A stretch of 64,000 bases of DNA. It comes from Spirogloea muscicola. Its lineage: Eukaryota. Both the position numbers and the translations under genes were made by a program. The first letter of the stretch is position 1. Each line of letters opens with the position of its first letter. The stretch spans positions 1,047,566-1,111,565 of the forward strand of contig WELB01000013.1 of the NCBI GenBank assembly GCA_009602725.1. The letters run 5' to 3'. Below, in pieces: positions 12,501 to 26,800 of the stretch. Below the pieces are notes generated by a model. It made no database searches. It was not told the origin of the DNA and saw only the letters and a list, made by a program, of their open reading frames with translations.

Positions 12501-15500
12501 TCCCCGCTGCGTGTAAGTGTGGTGCTTCTCTGTGCTGGGGCTTTCGTCTCAAAACCCCAGCGACCGACTACAGTCAGGACGTTCTAATTCCTAAGTGTGT
12601 GTGTAGGGATCAGAACGTCACACTTGCTCTCCCGTAGCGAAGCTACGCTCTGCAGGACAAAGCAGGCTACCTTCAAATGCTACGGGGTGACCCTCTTGCA
12701 AAAGGACGGCAAGACGCGTCACTACTTCAGATGGCACGCCTTCTCGAGGCAAGGCCAAAACGGGTGGATGCACACGGACCCGTTTCTTAACCTCAAATGC
12801 CCTCTGGCACTCGGACGTCCACACCCAGAATACGTCCTTACGAGTGAGCTGGGTAAGAGGAGATTCCATACTCCGTACCCTTACAGGAACTTACAAAGTA
12901 CTTTGCAAATTTCACGAAGGAACGTATCTGTGGCACATTCCGTGGCGCAATGACTACTACAGTCCTTCACTACTTGGTGAGATTGACGCGAATCCCATGT
13001 TTGTTTTACAAGATGCCCTATGTATGGTCTGGCCGGTCATACACAATCTTGGCACACGGTTGATTTGCGCGCAGCAATTGCAGTACATGCTGCAGGCGGA
13101 GTACGTGATTTTCAGGCGTTCTACTGAACACCAGTGTGCCTTTTACCAGCACAGAGTCACACCGTAGGCCGTGTGACTCTGTGCTTCAAGACTTTGATCA
13201 TCACAACGTGACACGCGGCAAGTGCTTTCGGTGAAACCAAAAGGGAGCATCTTGCATCAGAAGTAACCAAGCGGCCTACAACAAGCCGACCACGAAACTT
13301 GCTTAGGTGTGAGACGAAATTGGTCGTCACCAGTTGGCAAAGCGGGGAGATATACGCATAAGCTTCCGCAAGAAGATTTCACATATCGTCAATGCTTAGC
13401 AGAAGGTATGCTATCTTGACAGTAGGCTTGTTCAGAACTCATGCTCGATGCACATGGAAGACTCCAGCTTTCTTCACAACTAAGTTGATGGGTGCATCGC
13501 ACGACGATTGTCAAGAGTCATACGATGTGGGCCAAAGACTCCCATTGTCACAGCCTGACACTGAACTGGAAGTGTCCGAGCGGTTCACAACAAGCCGAAT
13601 CGGAACTTTCCCAGGCGTAACACAAAGGTGGTGATATCCTCTCACAAATCGAGAGAGCAAATTAGATTTGCTCCTCGGAGACAATCACACAGATCATTAA
13701 TGCCAGGCAAAGGAAATCGGTTGGTGACAATGAGCTTTCTTAGAGCTCGATGCTGAATGCACATCCGATCTCTACCACAGTGCTTCACAAAAGGATAGGT
13801 GCACGACACGGCCACTGATAAGGCTTACTATCCCCGTACTTCAGCAAGTCCGCCAATTGGAATTGCTTCTCTCAACACTCGAGTACTCAGTCGATACCAG
13901 AGGGCAGCACGGCGGCAGAGCGCTGGACAGAAGAGGAGGCCCCCGTCCAGAGGAGTTCGGCAAATATATCCAATTACTTTGGTGACTGATTGTCAAGAGC
14001 TGCACCAGGCGAGGCATCCACACGTACAACAGAGTCAGGGGGAGACTCATTACTCATCATCAGATTCAAGTACACAGCCAAAGCTGGATGCGTGTGAAGG
14101 TACATCTTTAACGACAGCTGGTGCTTTTCAGAGTGCAAAGATGCTGTTCAAAGCATCCAATAAAAGTCAACATTTGGCATGCAAAGGCGGAGACAAGCAC
14201 GCACCAACAGTACTCTGTTGCACTAGCCAGCTGCCGGCAGTTTAATGCCGGCAGCTTTCCAGCTACAAGTGCACAGGGATACTCAGCACTTAGCTGGGGT
14301 AATGGTCCAATTCTCGCTGCCTAGCAATATGGCCAACGTTACAGGCCACTCGGGCAGGACGCTGGGACCCACATGGTCTTGTCCATGCCCGCCGTGTGGC
14401 ATAACACGTGGTCAATACAGAGGGTATGCTGGCGAGAGTTGACCAAGCAGTGGCTGCAGAGGCCGTTGACAACATTTGCCAAGCGGGGCTCCCCAAGCTT
14501 ATGCAAAATAGCTGTGATATCACATAATCAACAGCTGCAGACTGTCAATGACTTCCACTGGAAGTAGGTGATACCGTATTGCTGGTGACCAAGGCCACAC
14601 ACAGGCCTTGAGGTCAATGAAGACGGCAGACAGCCACGTTCCACATCGCACGAAGTGCCAAGCAAAATACTGCCAGCGACTGGAGTGTGCACTCAGCAGC
14701 CGCGAACACCTGAGGTACAGCAAGGTGAGTGCCAAAGCAGAAATCACCCATGCCGAGGCATCAACAACACCACAATTCATCACAAATTTTACAACGTCCA
14801 TGGGCACATAGCCATTCTTAGGCCAGCTTATAACGGGTTGTACCACACCAGGGCCCATGTCTTACACATTAGACAAGTGGGTGCTGGCCAGCTCGTGTTA
14901 CACAGCAGCACAGCTGATAGCTGATATACAGGCGACGCATGGCGTGTATTGGCACACAAGCCACATGTCACCAAGCAACGAATACCAAGTTGGCGAAAAC
15001 GACCAAGTACTTCGGCGCCAGGACGCAGTGGCTCACAAGCCACGTGTCGCCTAGATACTTGACAAGTCAATGGCATTCTGTAAATATGGTCACTAAGCTT
15101 GGAAGAAGTTCCCAATATCATGAGATCCCCCGGGGTGGACTTCTTCACCGGAGTTTGCCACTAGGCAGGGTCACACACAGAGAGGTGGTCACATTCCCAA
15201 CGCCGGATGTGAAAGGTTTGCCGTACAAACAAGCTGTACCACTATCTCAAAGCCAGGTGTTGAGGCTGCTCCTGTTTGCTTTCTAGCCGACCCGGCAGGT
15301 GGAGACCGGGCACATGCAGTGGAATTCGGCAGCAACAATAACAGGTAGACATGGCTGGTAGAGACGGCTGAACACATCACAGTCGTGACTACGGGTGCAG
15401 CAGGTAGAGACAGTTGGGCACATCCAACCGTAGCTTCGGCAGCACCAGGCATTTAGCCTACAGAAGATGCAGAGATTGCTTGCCCCACCACATGGGCGAG

Positions 15501-16409
15501 CAGTTTGCACATCTCCTAGCAACCCCCACACACGAGGGCTGGCAGCAGGACCCCTCGGACCAGCAGCCTCATACTGGTCCATCAAGCCCATAGAGCGGTG
15601 CGCCTCCTTGAAGTCGGACATCCAGGGCTGGCGATTGGAGCCCCGACAGCTCATCAAACCACTTCCTCGACCTTGGTAGGTCGAACAGGCGGTAGAAGGG
15701 GACTAGGTGGCGCACTTGAGTCAGCCGACTCCATGCCTTTATACCAAGATACTGAGGGATCAAGTTTTTGGTGTATATAACATATCCGCCGAGACAAGAC
15801 TACCACAATCGCTGAGCAAGGCCCGTGCAATAGGCAAGCAAGCATGGTAGCCCGCCAGATCATGCCCTTGAACAACAAAGCTGTAAAAGCAGACTGAGGG
15901 AGGGCACCAGGCGAGCGTACCGAGCAGCGCCTGGCCGACAGTCAGATGTTGCAACCGCCCACCTGCGGCCGGTTGCAACACCGTGCTTCATAGGCCGGCA
16001 ACGTCCCCGCTACAGGTGGTTACGCAGGCGAAATACTGACCAGAAATAATATTGCTCCCGGGAAGAAGAGTTACACCGCATCTCAAAGACCTGGTGCTGG
16101 ATGTCGAAGGCGAAAGGTTGGCACACTTGCCGCTTCGCCAAGGACGGCTCCACGTCCACACTGGAAAATCTCCACGTTTACATATAATAATTAGTCCAGC
16201 ATTCAGAAGAATCCTTGCACTATCAGTTGTGAACTAAGTTCTGACGAGGCTGGCTAAAAGCAAGAACTCTCCTGATCTCAATTTAATGTTCATCCCTATA
16301 CACACATTTAGTTTTACTATGTCCTGTTTGCGGTTCGAACATAGGGTTGAGACAACTCTCATACAAAAGACGCGATACGCCAACAAACGCACACATGGCG
16401 CAGCGAAAG
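9545..16409 (-). mobile_element. Decayed chromovirus sequence (partial LTR 9545-10063, CHD, INT, RH, RT, gag, leader, LTR start ~16285); may be a composite
   Basis: FHVSQLKPF...EEEYEVEEILSHR...WLGYRPEHNTWEP (chromodomain); HGVPDRIVSDCDPRF (INT); RH and RT remnants at 12630-13990; 15290-16260 is homologous to 30830-31760. Confidence 0.85.
11721..12622 (+). mobile_element. Solo LTR (902 bp) inserted in the host RNase H region
   Basis: TGTAAC...GTCACA flanked by ATTGC/CTTGC; an uninterrupted homologue at ~23531 reads gagctcttgc. Internal ~39-bp GC-rich tandem units at 11900-12045. Confidence 0.9.
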
Positions 16410-18995
16410 TGTGACGTCCTGATCCCTGTACATGCAGTTAGGGGTTAGTACGTCCTTACTGGCTTCGGACCTAGGGGGTTTAGGAACTAACCCCCCACAT
16501 AGTGGAGCGCCAACGCACACGGTGCACTAAAGTGCATCACATAGCACAGCGGAAGTCTTACCCTGAGGCGCCGTCAGAAGGCGGCGACTCCACAGAGGGT
16601 CTGGAATTAGCAGCTGGCCCTAGATGGGTCGCAATCGTGGCACTTACGTAGAGCCGGCGATGTCCGCAACAGCGGGCTGCGGCGACAGGCTGGGCAGCAG
16701 ACGGCAGCAGTAGGGCTGGGGCGGCGGCTGCGGCAGCAGGCAAGCAGGCCTATGCCTCTCTCAAATGGGAATACGACTGGCGCGTGACGCGCGAGGTGCG
16801 GGCTCGCGTGGCGCGAGCCTGACGAATGGTACACGAGTCCTGGGGACTGGCGCGTGCCGCGCGTAAGTGGCGCGTGCCGCGCGTGACTGGCGCGTGAAGC
16901 GCGTGACTGGCGTGTGGCGCGCGTGAAGCCGCGCGTGAAGCCGCTTTCCGGTACCGTTTGGGTTTCCAAACAGGGGGGACGTTACATTCCTCTCCGCTTA
17001 GATTTTAACGTCCTCGGGAACACGGATACAGTACGGAGGAGTCAAACCGAAGACATTAATTACTTCTGCGGGTGCGTCCAATACTGCGACGCAAGGGGGT
17101 CACCACACGCCCCTGTAAAAGATACCTACGTAGAATGGACGGACAATTAACAAGACTGGCCGAAGGTTCCGCGTATTGTGTTCAGGCCATAGCCTAACCA
17201 CTTGACAAAATACTCTTGGGACTTAGTGAGACAAGATCTCTTCCACCTAAAATTCAAGATCATCCTCGATGACTAGTGGAGGTGGGGGCGGTTGGACACG
17301 ACCATCCAAAAGGAAGGCCCTCAGCTGAGACACGTGGAAGACGTTGTGGACCTTCAATGCACCGGTGTCTTCAACTCGTAGGACACCTTGCCCACAAGGC
17401 GTATTACTGCAAATGGTCCAACCCACTGCCCGCAAGGATAAGTGCTTCGTGCTCAGCAGCACTTGCGCACCAACATCGAAGGACACGTCCTTTCGATGTT
17501 TGTCAGCATAAGCCTTCTGGCGACTCTGGGCAATTTCCAAGAAATGCCAAGCTCGTCTCTGAGCCTCCAAGAGGGTCCCAGTAAAGGCTACCGCGGCGGG
17601 AACTGGTTTCGGCTTCCCCACCTGAAGCGGAGCTCGGGGATACTGACCATAGTTGAGGAAATGGAGTCTCTTTGGTGGACGCATGATAGGCATTGTTCAC
17701 AGCATAATCAGCTGGAGCCAAATAGTCATCCCAGTCAGTCTCGCTAGAATTGACAAAGTGCCTCAACATGTCCTCAAGAACTCGATTCATTCGCTCAATT
17801 TGGCCATCCGTTTGTGGATGGAAGGCTGTGGACATGGACTGCTTCGTGCCAATAAGCTTGCAGACTTCTTTCCAGAAGTGACCTGTAAAGCGAGGATCGC
17901 GGTCCGAGACCAGCCTCTCAGGTACTCCATGTAGCTTCCACACCTTATCCACAAAGATGCCAGCGAACTCCTTTGCCGATGCCCGCGTAGTAGTGGGAGC
18001 AAAATGCACCTTTTACTCAAGCGATCCACAAAGACGACAATGGCATCATAGCCGGTCCGCGTCTTAGGCAATTGTGTGATAAAATCCTCACTTACATCAG
18101 ACCAATTCCGCTCCGGAATCTGCAAGGGCTGAAGTATTCCGACAGGCTTGCCAGAGATTGGCTTACTACGCTGGCCACAAAGCTTGCCACAAAAGCGCGC
18201 ACCTGGGCTGAAAAGCCCTTCCACCAAAAGAGGCGTCGCACAGCCTGTTCGGTTTTGCTCACTCCCAAATGACCACTGTAAGGCGTATCATGCAGCTCCT
18301 GCACTATGTCTGTGCGCAAGGCATTGCAGTTCGGGACCACAATAGCGTCACCTTGCCTTTGTCATCAGTGAGGGTGCTTAAGTTGGCGGCTTCAGCAAAC
18401 CATGGGTCTGTGCCATACCCTTTACAGATACGCACGTAGAGCTCAGAGAGCTCAGCCGTGGTGTGCCGAGAAGCTTGACGAGTCGGACGCAGTCCTGCAG
18501 CCCGCACTCCAGAAGCATGCAAGGAAGCCAACGCATCAGCGCCGTGAATGTTACGACTCACAGGGTCTGCAACATTAAGACGTCCAGGGCGATAACCCAC
18601 TGGGAACAAATTGTGCCATGCACTCAGCCCATCGAGCTTGACGCCTAGTCAAATGCTGCTGCGTGAGGAACTATGTCAACGGGCAATGATCCGTGACAAC
18701 CGTAAATGCCAAACCTTCCAAATAGCAACGCCAGACACGTAAGGCGTGCACCACAGCCAGCAATTCCTGCTCGCCCGTAGTGTAATTTCGCTCTGCAGGG
18801 ATCAGCAGGCGACTCTCAAACGCTAACGGGTGACCCTCTTGCAAGAGCACGGCACCAATCCGGTCAAATAGGCATCGCAGACGAGTTCATATGGCACGCC
18901 TTCACGAGGAAAGGCCAGCACAGGCCTGAGATGTCAACGCCTGCTGTATTTCCTCAAATGCCCTCTGGCATTCGGACGACCAATCCCAAGGTACG

Positions 18996-19677
18996 TGTGA
19001 CGTCCCCGCCGTTACGGGACGCTTAACTTCGAGTTAAGCGCCGCGCAAGGTGTCGCGCGGTGTGACGCGCCTGCTGACGATGTGACGTGCAGGCGCGCCG
19101 CCTCCAGCCGAGGCGGCGAACCTGGTCTTCCAGAGCGGAGCTTCTCGGCATATTCCTGATTCTGCCGTCGTGCCCGCAATNGCACCGCAGGGCGGCCGCC
19201 GCCTCCAGAAGGGAGCCGCGTGGTCTGCCCTCGCACTAGATTTCCCGTATCGGGCCCGCCTTCCGAAGGTGGGCCTGAGACGAACCTCCCAGAGACCCCT
19301 GGGGAGGGTGGCACATGAAGCACTATAAGTAGGGCTGAGAGCGGACTCAGAAGGAACTCGGTCAATCTCAGTGAAGCCCGCGAGAGAGAGGCGCAGCCCT
19401 GCTGCCGCCTGCTGCTGCAGCCCGTCGCCGCATCCTGTCGTCGCGGACTTTCGACGGCTCTCTGTGAGTAAGACTGTGACTGCTCCTTTGGGGACAGTCG
19501 CTGGCCCGTACCTGTGAGGTGAGTCGCTGCCTGTCGGCAGCGCTTCAGGGCGAGACTTCCGCTGCGTATCACACGTGGTGCTTTCACTGTGCTGGGGGTT
19601 TGTCTCTAATCCCCTGACAGAAACCAAAAAGGACGTACTGAACCCTGACTATGCTGTTAAGGGTCAGGGCCGTTACA
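18996..19677 (+). mobile_element. Solo LTR (682 bp), third nesting level
   Basis: TGTGAC...GTTACA with TSD GTACG/ATACG; an uninterrupted host homologue lies at ~34960-34990. Confidence 0.92.
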
Positions 19678-20744
19678 ATACGTCCTTATGAGTCAGCTTC
19701 GTAAGAGGAACTGCCAAGGTCCCATAGGGCGCTGTGGACGTGGCCGTGAGGAAGAGGGACCTGCCGCCGGGCAGTCCCTGAGCTGATGGCTTTTGGCACC
19801 GCACTTGAAGCAGCCAGCGCCTTTTACCCGCGGCTTGTGGAAGTCGCCTTGAGGTCGAGCGTTCAAGCCGTGCCTCGGGTCGAACCCCTTCTTGCCGCGT
19901 TCTGCATCAAAGCCGCCTGCCTCCAGCAGGGGACGCTTGCTCGGACCGGCAATGTCCGGCGTGCTAAGCACCTTGCGGGCATGCTCCACCATCTTGGTGA
20001 AGTCCGAACAGGTTGCGCCGTCGCGGAATCCACCGCGACCGATTGCGGAAGCGAGTAGGCAGTCCAGCCTTAAAACGCTGGCATTGGTCATAGATGGGCT
20101 TCATTGGCTCGCTGCGTAGCTTCGACAGCAGCAGACGGAAGCGCCGCACATAGGGCTCAAAGCCCTCGCTTCCCTCGCCCCTCATGCGGAGAGCATCCAG
20201 CTCATCGCGGGCGCGCAGCTCTGCGTGTGGGTCGCCATAGGCCGACGTTAGCGAGTTGCAACAGAAGTCCCAGCCATTGTACTCCTCGGGCGTCGAGCCC
20301 TTCTTCAGAAAATTTCACCACTCCCGGGGCTCCCCCGTGAGATAGGTAGCAGCGAGGCGCACGTGTGCCCCTGCGTCTGTGTTGGAGCACACGAACCATT
20401 CATCCATCTCATCGAGCCGTGGCTGCAACCCTCCCCGATCATCGTGACCGGAGAATTGTCTGGGTGCATGGGCCCTGGCAAGTCCATGCTCAGGGTCGCC
20501 GCTGCCCTTGCGCATCAGATGCAACGAGGCATTCACCTCTTGCATATGCCGCTCTTCGGCGCGCTGCCGGACGAGGAGGGCGCGCTGCTCCGCGCAGATC
20601 CTCGCAAAAAGCCGGTGTTGAGCTGGGTCTGTCGTAGGCTGGGCTGCTGCCAGATCCCGCGTGAGGAGTGCAACGCGTTGCAGGTCCCCAGCCGACAAGC
20701 CCTCCTGGCCTCCGGCTCCCAGCTCGACGTGCCCCTCTTGGGCA

Positions 20745-20853
20745 CGCGCCCCTCTTGGGCGTGCCCCGCTTGGGCGTGCCCCTCGTGGGCGTGCCCCGCT
20801 TGGGCGTGCCCCTCGTGGGCGTGCCCCTCGTGGGCGTGCCCCTCGTGGGCGTG
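20745..20853 (-). repeat. 15-bp tandem repeat (~7 units) in the gag N-terminus, reading GHAHE/GHAQA
   Basis: gggcgtgcccctcgt and gggcgtgccccgctt units; the homologue at ~6925 has about one unit. Confidence 0.9.
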
Positions 20854-23800
20854 CTCTGCAGCAGCCGCTGCCTCAGCAGCCGACCGCTCTGCCTCCCGAG
20901 GAGGGCTCGGCCGCGCACTGGAGGTGTGCGATACCATGCTGTCTGAAGGAGACTGAGTGATCAATTCAGGCTCCGACAGTCAGCAAATCACACACTCCAT
21001 ACTGCAATACAGGACATCGCAAGACTGGTGCACCAGCGAGCGAGCAAGCAAGGCAGCGCGCCACTCCACACCTCAATCAGCAGGCAGGCAGACAACCGCA
21101 GATATGACCAGGACCGATGCACACGTTTACTGCTGGCCACACGACTGACCTTACCACCCAAAGGCTGCAGGCTCTAGCCACACCTCAAAAGAAGCGAACG
21201 CAGCAAGTAGTCCTCAAGGATCAGTCGGTCCATCTGGCGTTGGTCGTTGCTGGCTCACTGCGCGAAGATGGCTCCGCACCCGGCGCTTCCGCTGAGCCAC
21301 CTCACGGACCAACGTCCGGCAAGCACTTTATCATTGACAGAAAAAGGTCAGCACATCATGGTGATCCTTGCATCATCAGCGGCGAGCACAATAAGTCACA
21401 AGCGCGATGGATGCAAGACCGCCTCTGATACCAAATGTAAGGAACCTCGCCCTACACACGCAGTTAGGGTGAGCAGTCCTTCTTGAGTTCGGCCGTAGGG
21501 GGTTTAGGGACCAACCCACTACACAGGCAAAGCACTAGCGCATAGGCGCAGCAGAAGACAGGCCCCGTGGCGCCGCCATCCGGCGGCGACTCACCCTCCT
21601 GGGCGCAGGCCGGCGCAGCAGGCCCCGCAGCAGTGTGCGGCGGCGGCTGCAGCGGCGAGCAGCGGCAAGGCTGCTCCTGGGCTTCACCGGTTCGAACTCC
21701 TTTCGAGCCTCTGCCCCAAGGCTCTTCGTGCTTCCCCGTGCCACCCCCCCCCGCCAGGGGTGTAAGCGGGTCGCCCCATGGCCTGCCTTGCGGAGGGCCA
21801 AAGATCCTCCCTTGAACGGGCGGATCCTAGCGAGGGGTATTTCTGGACGGGCGGGACCCGCCTCTGGGCGGGCCACTTGCCCGGCAAGCCAGCCCGCCAA
21901 CTGGCGGGCCCACTTGTCCCAAATAGCCGGTCATGTTATGCCAACAGAGGCATGTTGCCTAGCCAAACGGCTGTTTCATTACACTTACGTTGCCCACGGA
22001 GATTGTCGCGGTGAGACAAGGGGAGGTTGGGGCGGTTGAACACGACCATCCGATTGGATTGGCTCGAGCTGGGACACATGAAATGCTCTGTGGCCTTTCC
22101 ATTGTACCGAAGTATCCAGCTCATGTGCGACCTTGCCGACCAGGCGCAAAACACGAAAGGGTCCAACCACGTTGGCAGCAAGTAAGGCGTGCCTACAGCC
22201 CGCATGAAGAGATGCTGTGTGCTTAAGAGCACTTGAGCACCCACGTCGAAAACTATATGGCGACGACGTCGATCAGCATACTGTTTTTGCCGTTGCTGGG
22301 CAATCTGCAAGCATTGCCTAGCCCTCCGCTGAGCTTCCAGGAGGTTGCCGGTAAAAGTTACTGCGGCTGGCACACGTTCCGGCATCCCCACCTGTAAAGG
22401 TGCTCGGGGATGCTGACCGTAATTAAGAAGGGTGTGTTCTTAGTGGAGTCATGGAAGGCATTGTTCACGGCGTACTCCGCTGGAGCAAGATACTGGTCCC
22501 ATTTCTTTGGCTGGGCTTTACAAAATGTCATAATATGTCTTCCAACACCCGATTCATTCTTTCCGTCTGACCATCTGTTTGGGGGTGGAAAGCCGTGGAC
22601 ATGAATTGCTGGGTGCCAATCAGCCTGCACACTTTCCAGAAGCGCCTGTAAAGCGAGGGTCGCGGTCAGACACGATCCGCTGGGGGACTCCTTGCAGCTT
22701 CCGTACTCGGTCCACTGATATTCAGCAAAGTCCTTGGCTGACACCTTTGTGGTCGTAGGCCAAATTGCGCCATTCTACTCAGACGATCCAAAAGTACGAC
22801 AATAGCGTCGATGGCCGTTCCGCGTCATCGGCAACTGGGTGATAAAATCCACACTTGTGTCAGTTATCGGAGGAATCTCCAATGGTTGGAGCAACCCGGC
22901 AGGCTTACGAGAGCTTGCCTTACTGCGCTGGCAGGTGGCACAAGTCTTCACAAAAGATCCCACCTGGACTTTCAGGTCCGGCCACCAAAAGAGAAGCTGG
23001 ACAGCTTTCTTTGCCTATCCCATACCCAAATGACCACTATACGAAGGCTCATGCAGCTCTTATCAGATACTGCTGCACAAGGCATTGCAGTCGGGGACGT
23101 CAACGGCGTCACCTTGCCACCAGAAGCCTTGGTCATTTTATAAGATGCGTGTATTGGTTACATGTGCAAACCATGGGTCTGTGCCATACCCATCACGAAT
23201 ACGCACATACAGCTCAGAGAGATTGGCGGTGGACTGCTGCCGAGCCGCTCCACGAGTAGGCCGCACGTCTGCTGTCGGAACCCCTGAAGCGTGCACGACA
23301 GCCGCCACAACAGCCCCTGCAATGTTGCGGTTCACCAAGTCCGCAACATTCATACTTCCAGGGCGGTACACCCACTGGAAAAGGAATGTGGCCATGTACC
23401 TAGCCCACTGTGCTTGACGTCTGCTCAATTGCTGTTCTTTGTGAAAGTAGGTCAACGGGCAATGATCCTTTACAACCCTAAATACAACTCCCTCGAGTGC
23501 ATTGCCACACACGTATGGCGTGCACAACAGCAAGGAGCTCTTGCTCCACCGTAGTGTAGTTGCGCTATGCAAGACGAACTAGGCGACTTTCAAATACTAC
23601 ACGGTGACCCTTCTGCAAGAGAATGGCACCGATGCCGACCAAAGAGGCGTCACATACTACTTCAAGTGGCACGCCTTCTCAAGGTAAGGCCAAAACATGT
23701 GGATGCACCAGGACCCTTTTGATATCCTCGAATGCTTTCTGGCATTTGGACGTCCACACCCAGCGTCCTTACGAGTGAGCTTCGTAAGAGAAGATGCCAT

Positions 23801-26800
23801 ACTTCCGTACCCTTACAGGAACTTACAGAAGTAGTTCGCGAATCCCAAGAAGGGACGCACTGTGGCACAGTCCGTGGCACACTTACTGCTACAGTCCTTT
23901 ACTACTTGGTGGGTTTGACGCGAACCCCGTCTTTGTTCACAACATGCTGCTTTTGCAGTACGTGATCCTCAGGCGTTTTACTGAACACCAGTCTGCCATC
24001 GAGTAAACCAGCACAGAGTCACACAGTAGGGGGTCGAAGACTTTCATCATCACAACCTCACGTGGCAAGTGCTTTTGGTGAAAGCAAAGCGGACATCTTG
24101 CATCAGAAGTAGCCGAGCGGCCTACAACAAGCCAAATACGGGATTTCCTCACGTGTAAGACGCAAATGGTCATCACCACTTTGCAAAGCGGGGGAGCTAT
24201 ATGCGTAAGCTCCCGCAAGATGATTTCACATCTCATTAACGCTAAGCAAAGGTAAGTTATCTTGACAGTGAGCTTGTTTAGAGCTCATACTCGATGCAAA
24301 ATCAAAGACTCCAGCCTACTTTACGACGAAGAGGATGGGTGCACCGCACGACAATTGTCAAAAAGTCACACCATGTTGAGAACACAACACTCGCAGAGTC
24401 ATGGGGAGACTCTGTGCGCATCATCACAATGAGATACTCAGCCAAAGCTGGAATCATGTGAGAGTACGTATTCAAAAACAGCCTTCCGGCTCAGCTTGCC
24501 AGGATGCTAGTCAGAGCACTCCCATACAGGTCAACCCTTTGACAACCAAAGGCAGAGATGAGCAATGACCCAGAGTACCCAAAATGCAGTAGCCTGCATC
24601 ATATGCCGGCAGCTTACACCTCGAGTGCACAGAGATACTCGGGCACATAGCTGGGCCAATGGCGCAATCTTCACTACTCAGCATGCGGGCTTGCAGACAG
24701 ACCACTCGAGCAGGGCACAGAGCCACACCTGGTCTCGTCCATACCCGAGTTACGTGGCTTGATACGTAGGCTCCGCAACAGAGGGTGTAGAAGCGAGGAG
24801 AGTTCAGGCAGCGGGTGCTGCTGGGGCATTGACAACATTCGGCCAACCCAGCCTCAGCACCCCCACTTAGCTCGTAGCCGTGATAATATCATCAACAGCT
24901 ATGGAGAATCATGGACTTGCACTGGAAGTAATCAATACCGAGGTACTACTGACCAGGGCCACACACGCCTCTAGGTCAAGGAGGATGGCGGCCAGCTACA
25001 TTCCTCGTCTCACTACAGTTGGGCTTACCAGAACCCATCAGTCGTGTACGAGCTGGGCTCTGATGTAGTAACGCCCAACCCAAGCTGGCCTAGCTGTGGC
25101 CTCGTGCCCGTGGAAATTGTGGAGTTTATCGTGAGATCAGTACTGTGTGATGCTTCGGCATGGGTTATCCCTGCGTTGTACTCACCTTACCATATCTCTG
25201 GTGTTGGCGGCTGATGCGCCCTCACCCTGTTTTTTGGCACACTCCATGATGTACTGAAAGTACTATGGTGCCGACGAGCAGCACAGCCGATAGCTGTCAC
25301 ACAGGGAGCGTCCTTGTGAAACACAAGCGACGATCACCACATTGACGAGAACGACCATATCGTTCAGCGCCAAGGAAGGACGCAGTGGCACACACGCGAC
25401 TTGTCACCCAGATCAAAGCGGTCGCCAAATCATGACACAGCTTTGTATATACATCCAGGGGATGACATAGCTTCGAACTTGTTTTTGTCCAACTAGGACA
25501 ACACCGCCACGCACTGCGGGAAACCCGCCTTGAAGCGTTACACTTCATGTTTGGCGTCCATCGTATCGCATTTCATCAACAACAAATGAATCTGCCGTAC
25601 ATACTCCGCGAAATCATTGCCCACTATGCGAATGACGTCGACCTTATTGCGGGCATTGAGTTCCGCACGCACTTTTCCGTACTGGATGGTGAGTGAGCGG
25701 GTGAAGAAGTCCCAAGTGATCAAACACTCTGGGGTGGGAGGACGACTTCGTGGTTTCCCAAACAGTTGCGGGATCCGGCGTGAGGTACGTGGTCGCAATT
25801 CCCACTAGGGATGGTACAGGTGCTTCACACAGCACGAACCACACGTTCAACTCACGAAGCCAGGCGGCGAGGCTGCTCTGCCCATCGCACTTGGCAGGCT
25901 GGCACGGCTGGACACGCCCAGCCGCGCGCCGTGGCTTACTTTTACCTTGAGGCGGCGATCCCGCTGCTCACCCGCGCACATACGGGCAATCAGTGTTCGC
26001 ACCGCACCTCTTCGAATAACACCCCCCACACGGGGTTTACCAGCAGATCCCCACTCGGGATTGCAGCCACTACTTGCTCACTGAGGCGCTGAAGACGCCG
26101 CGCCTCGGCGGATGTAGGCCGTTCGCGCCGGGCATTTGGAGCTCCGCCATCTCATTCACCATCTCCTCGACCTCAGCCGGTTGTACTGCCGGCGTAGGAG
26201 GACTAGGTTGCGCACTCGACTCAGCAGACTCCGTACCTTTACACCAACACACTTGAGGGATCAAGTCAGTGGTTGGCATAAGACACACCGCTGAGACATT
26301 ACCACCAGAATGTTGCTGAGCAAGCTGGTGCCCCAGGCAAGCAAAGCTATCTTGGTAGCGCGCAAGTCATACCCCCAAAACGCAAAGCAGCACGAGCAGC
26401 TGTTGCTCGTGCTGCTTTGGAGGGGCCAGGACTGGAGTACGGACCAGTTTCTGGCACATCATCAGATTTCGCCGCCCATCGGCGGTCGGTTTCACCTCCT
26501 TGTCATGAAGACAGGCCATCCGCCATCCGCAGGTTGTTACGCAGGCGAGATACTGACCTGGCAATTGCGATTGCCGCCGGGGTGGAGGACCATCTGACAT
26601 TGGCCGACCCCGGATGCGTGAATGCCGCGGGCGAGTGTTCACAGCACCATTCAGCCAGCCGATGCAGATACACGGTTACACTCTGGCAAGGGCCTTAAGT
26701 CTCAACAGACTAGTCAGTGCCGAAGCATCAGAAGGAACCTTGCATGGTCAGTCGTATCATCACAGCATATACGAGGCCAGCCAGATGCAAGGACTCCTCT

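Larger units (their letters stand above)
17226..21983 (-). mobile_element. Family B copy 1, nested in the chromodomain of element C; lacks PR-RT and the 3' LTR
   Basis: LTR 21436-21983, PBS 21422-21433, gag ~19730-20940 (CFKCGAKSHQLRDC), RH, and INT ([32 protein letters not shown]). Host sequence ...ggactta|cttacgttgccc is split around it. Confidence 0.92.

Noticed and set aside
13506..13999. Apparent ~480-bp insertion flanked by a 12-bp direct repeat (gattgtcaagag)
   Set aside because: The interior is a second decayed RT N-terminal segment (PLGHFQF and RMC..RAL remnants on the minus strand), not a new element.
16436..16495. TTAGGG-like motifs suggesting interstitial telomere
   Set aside because: Only isolated copies, and they are part of LTR termini.
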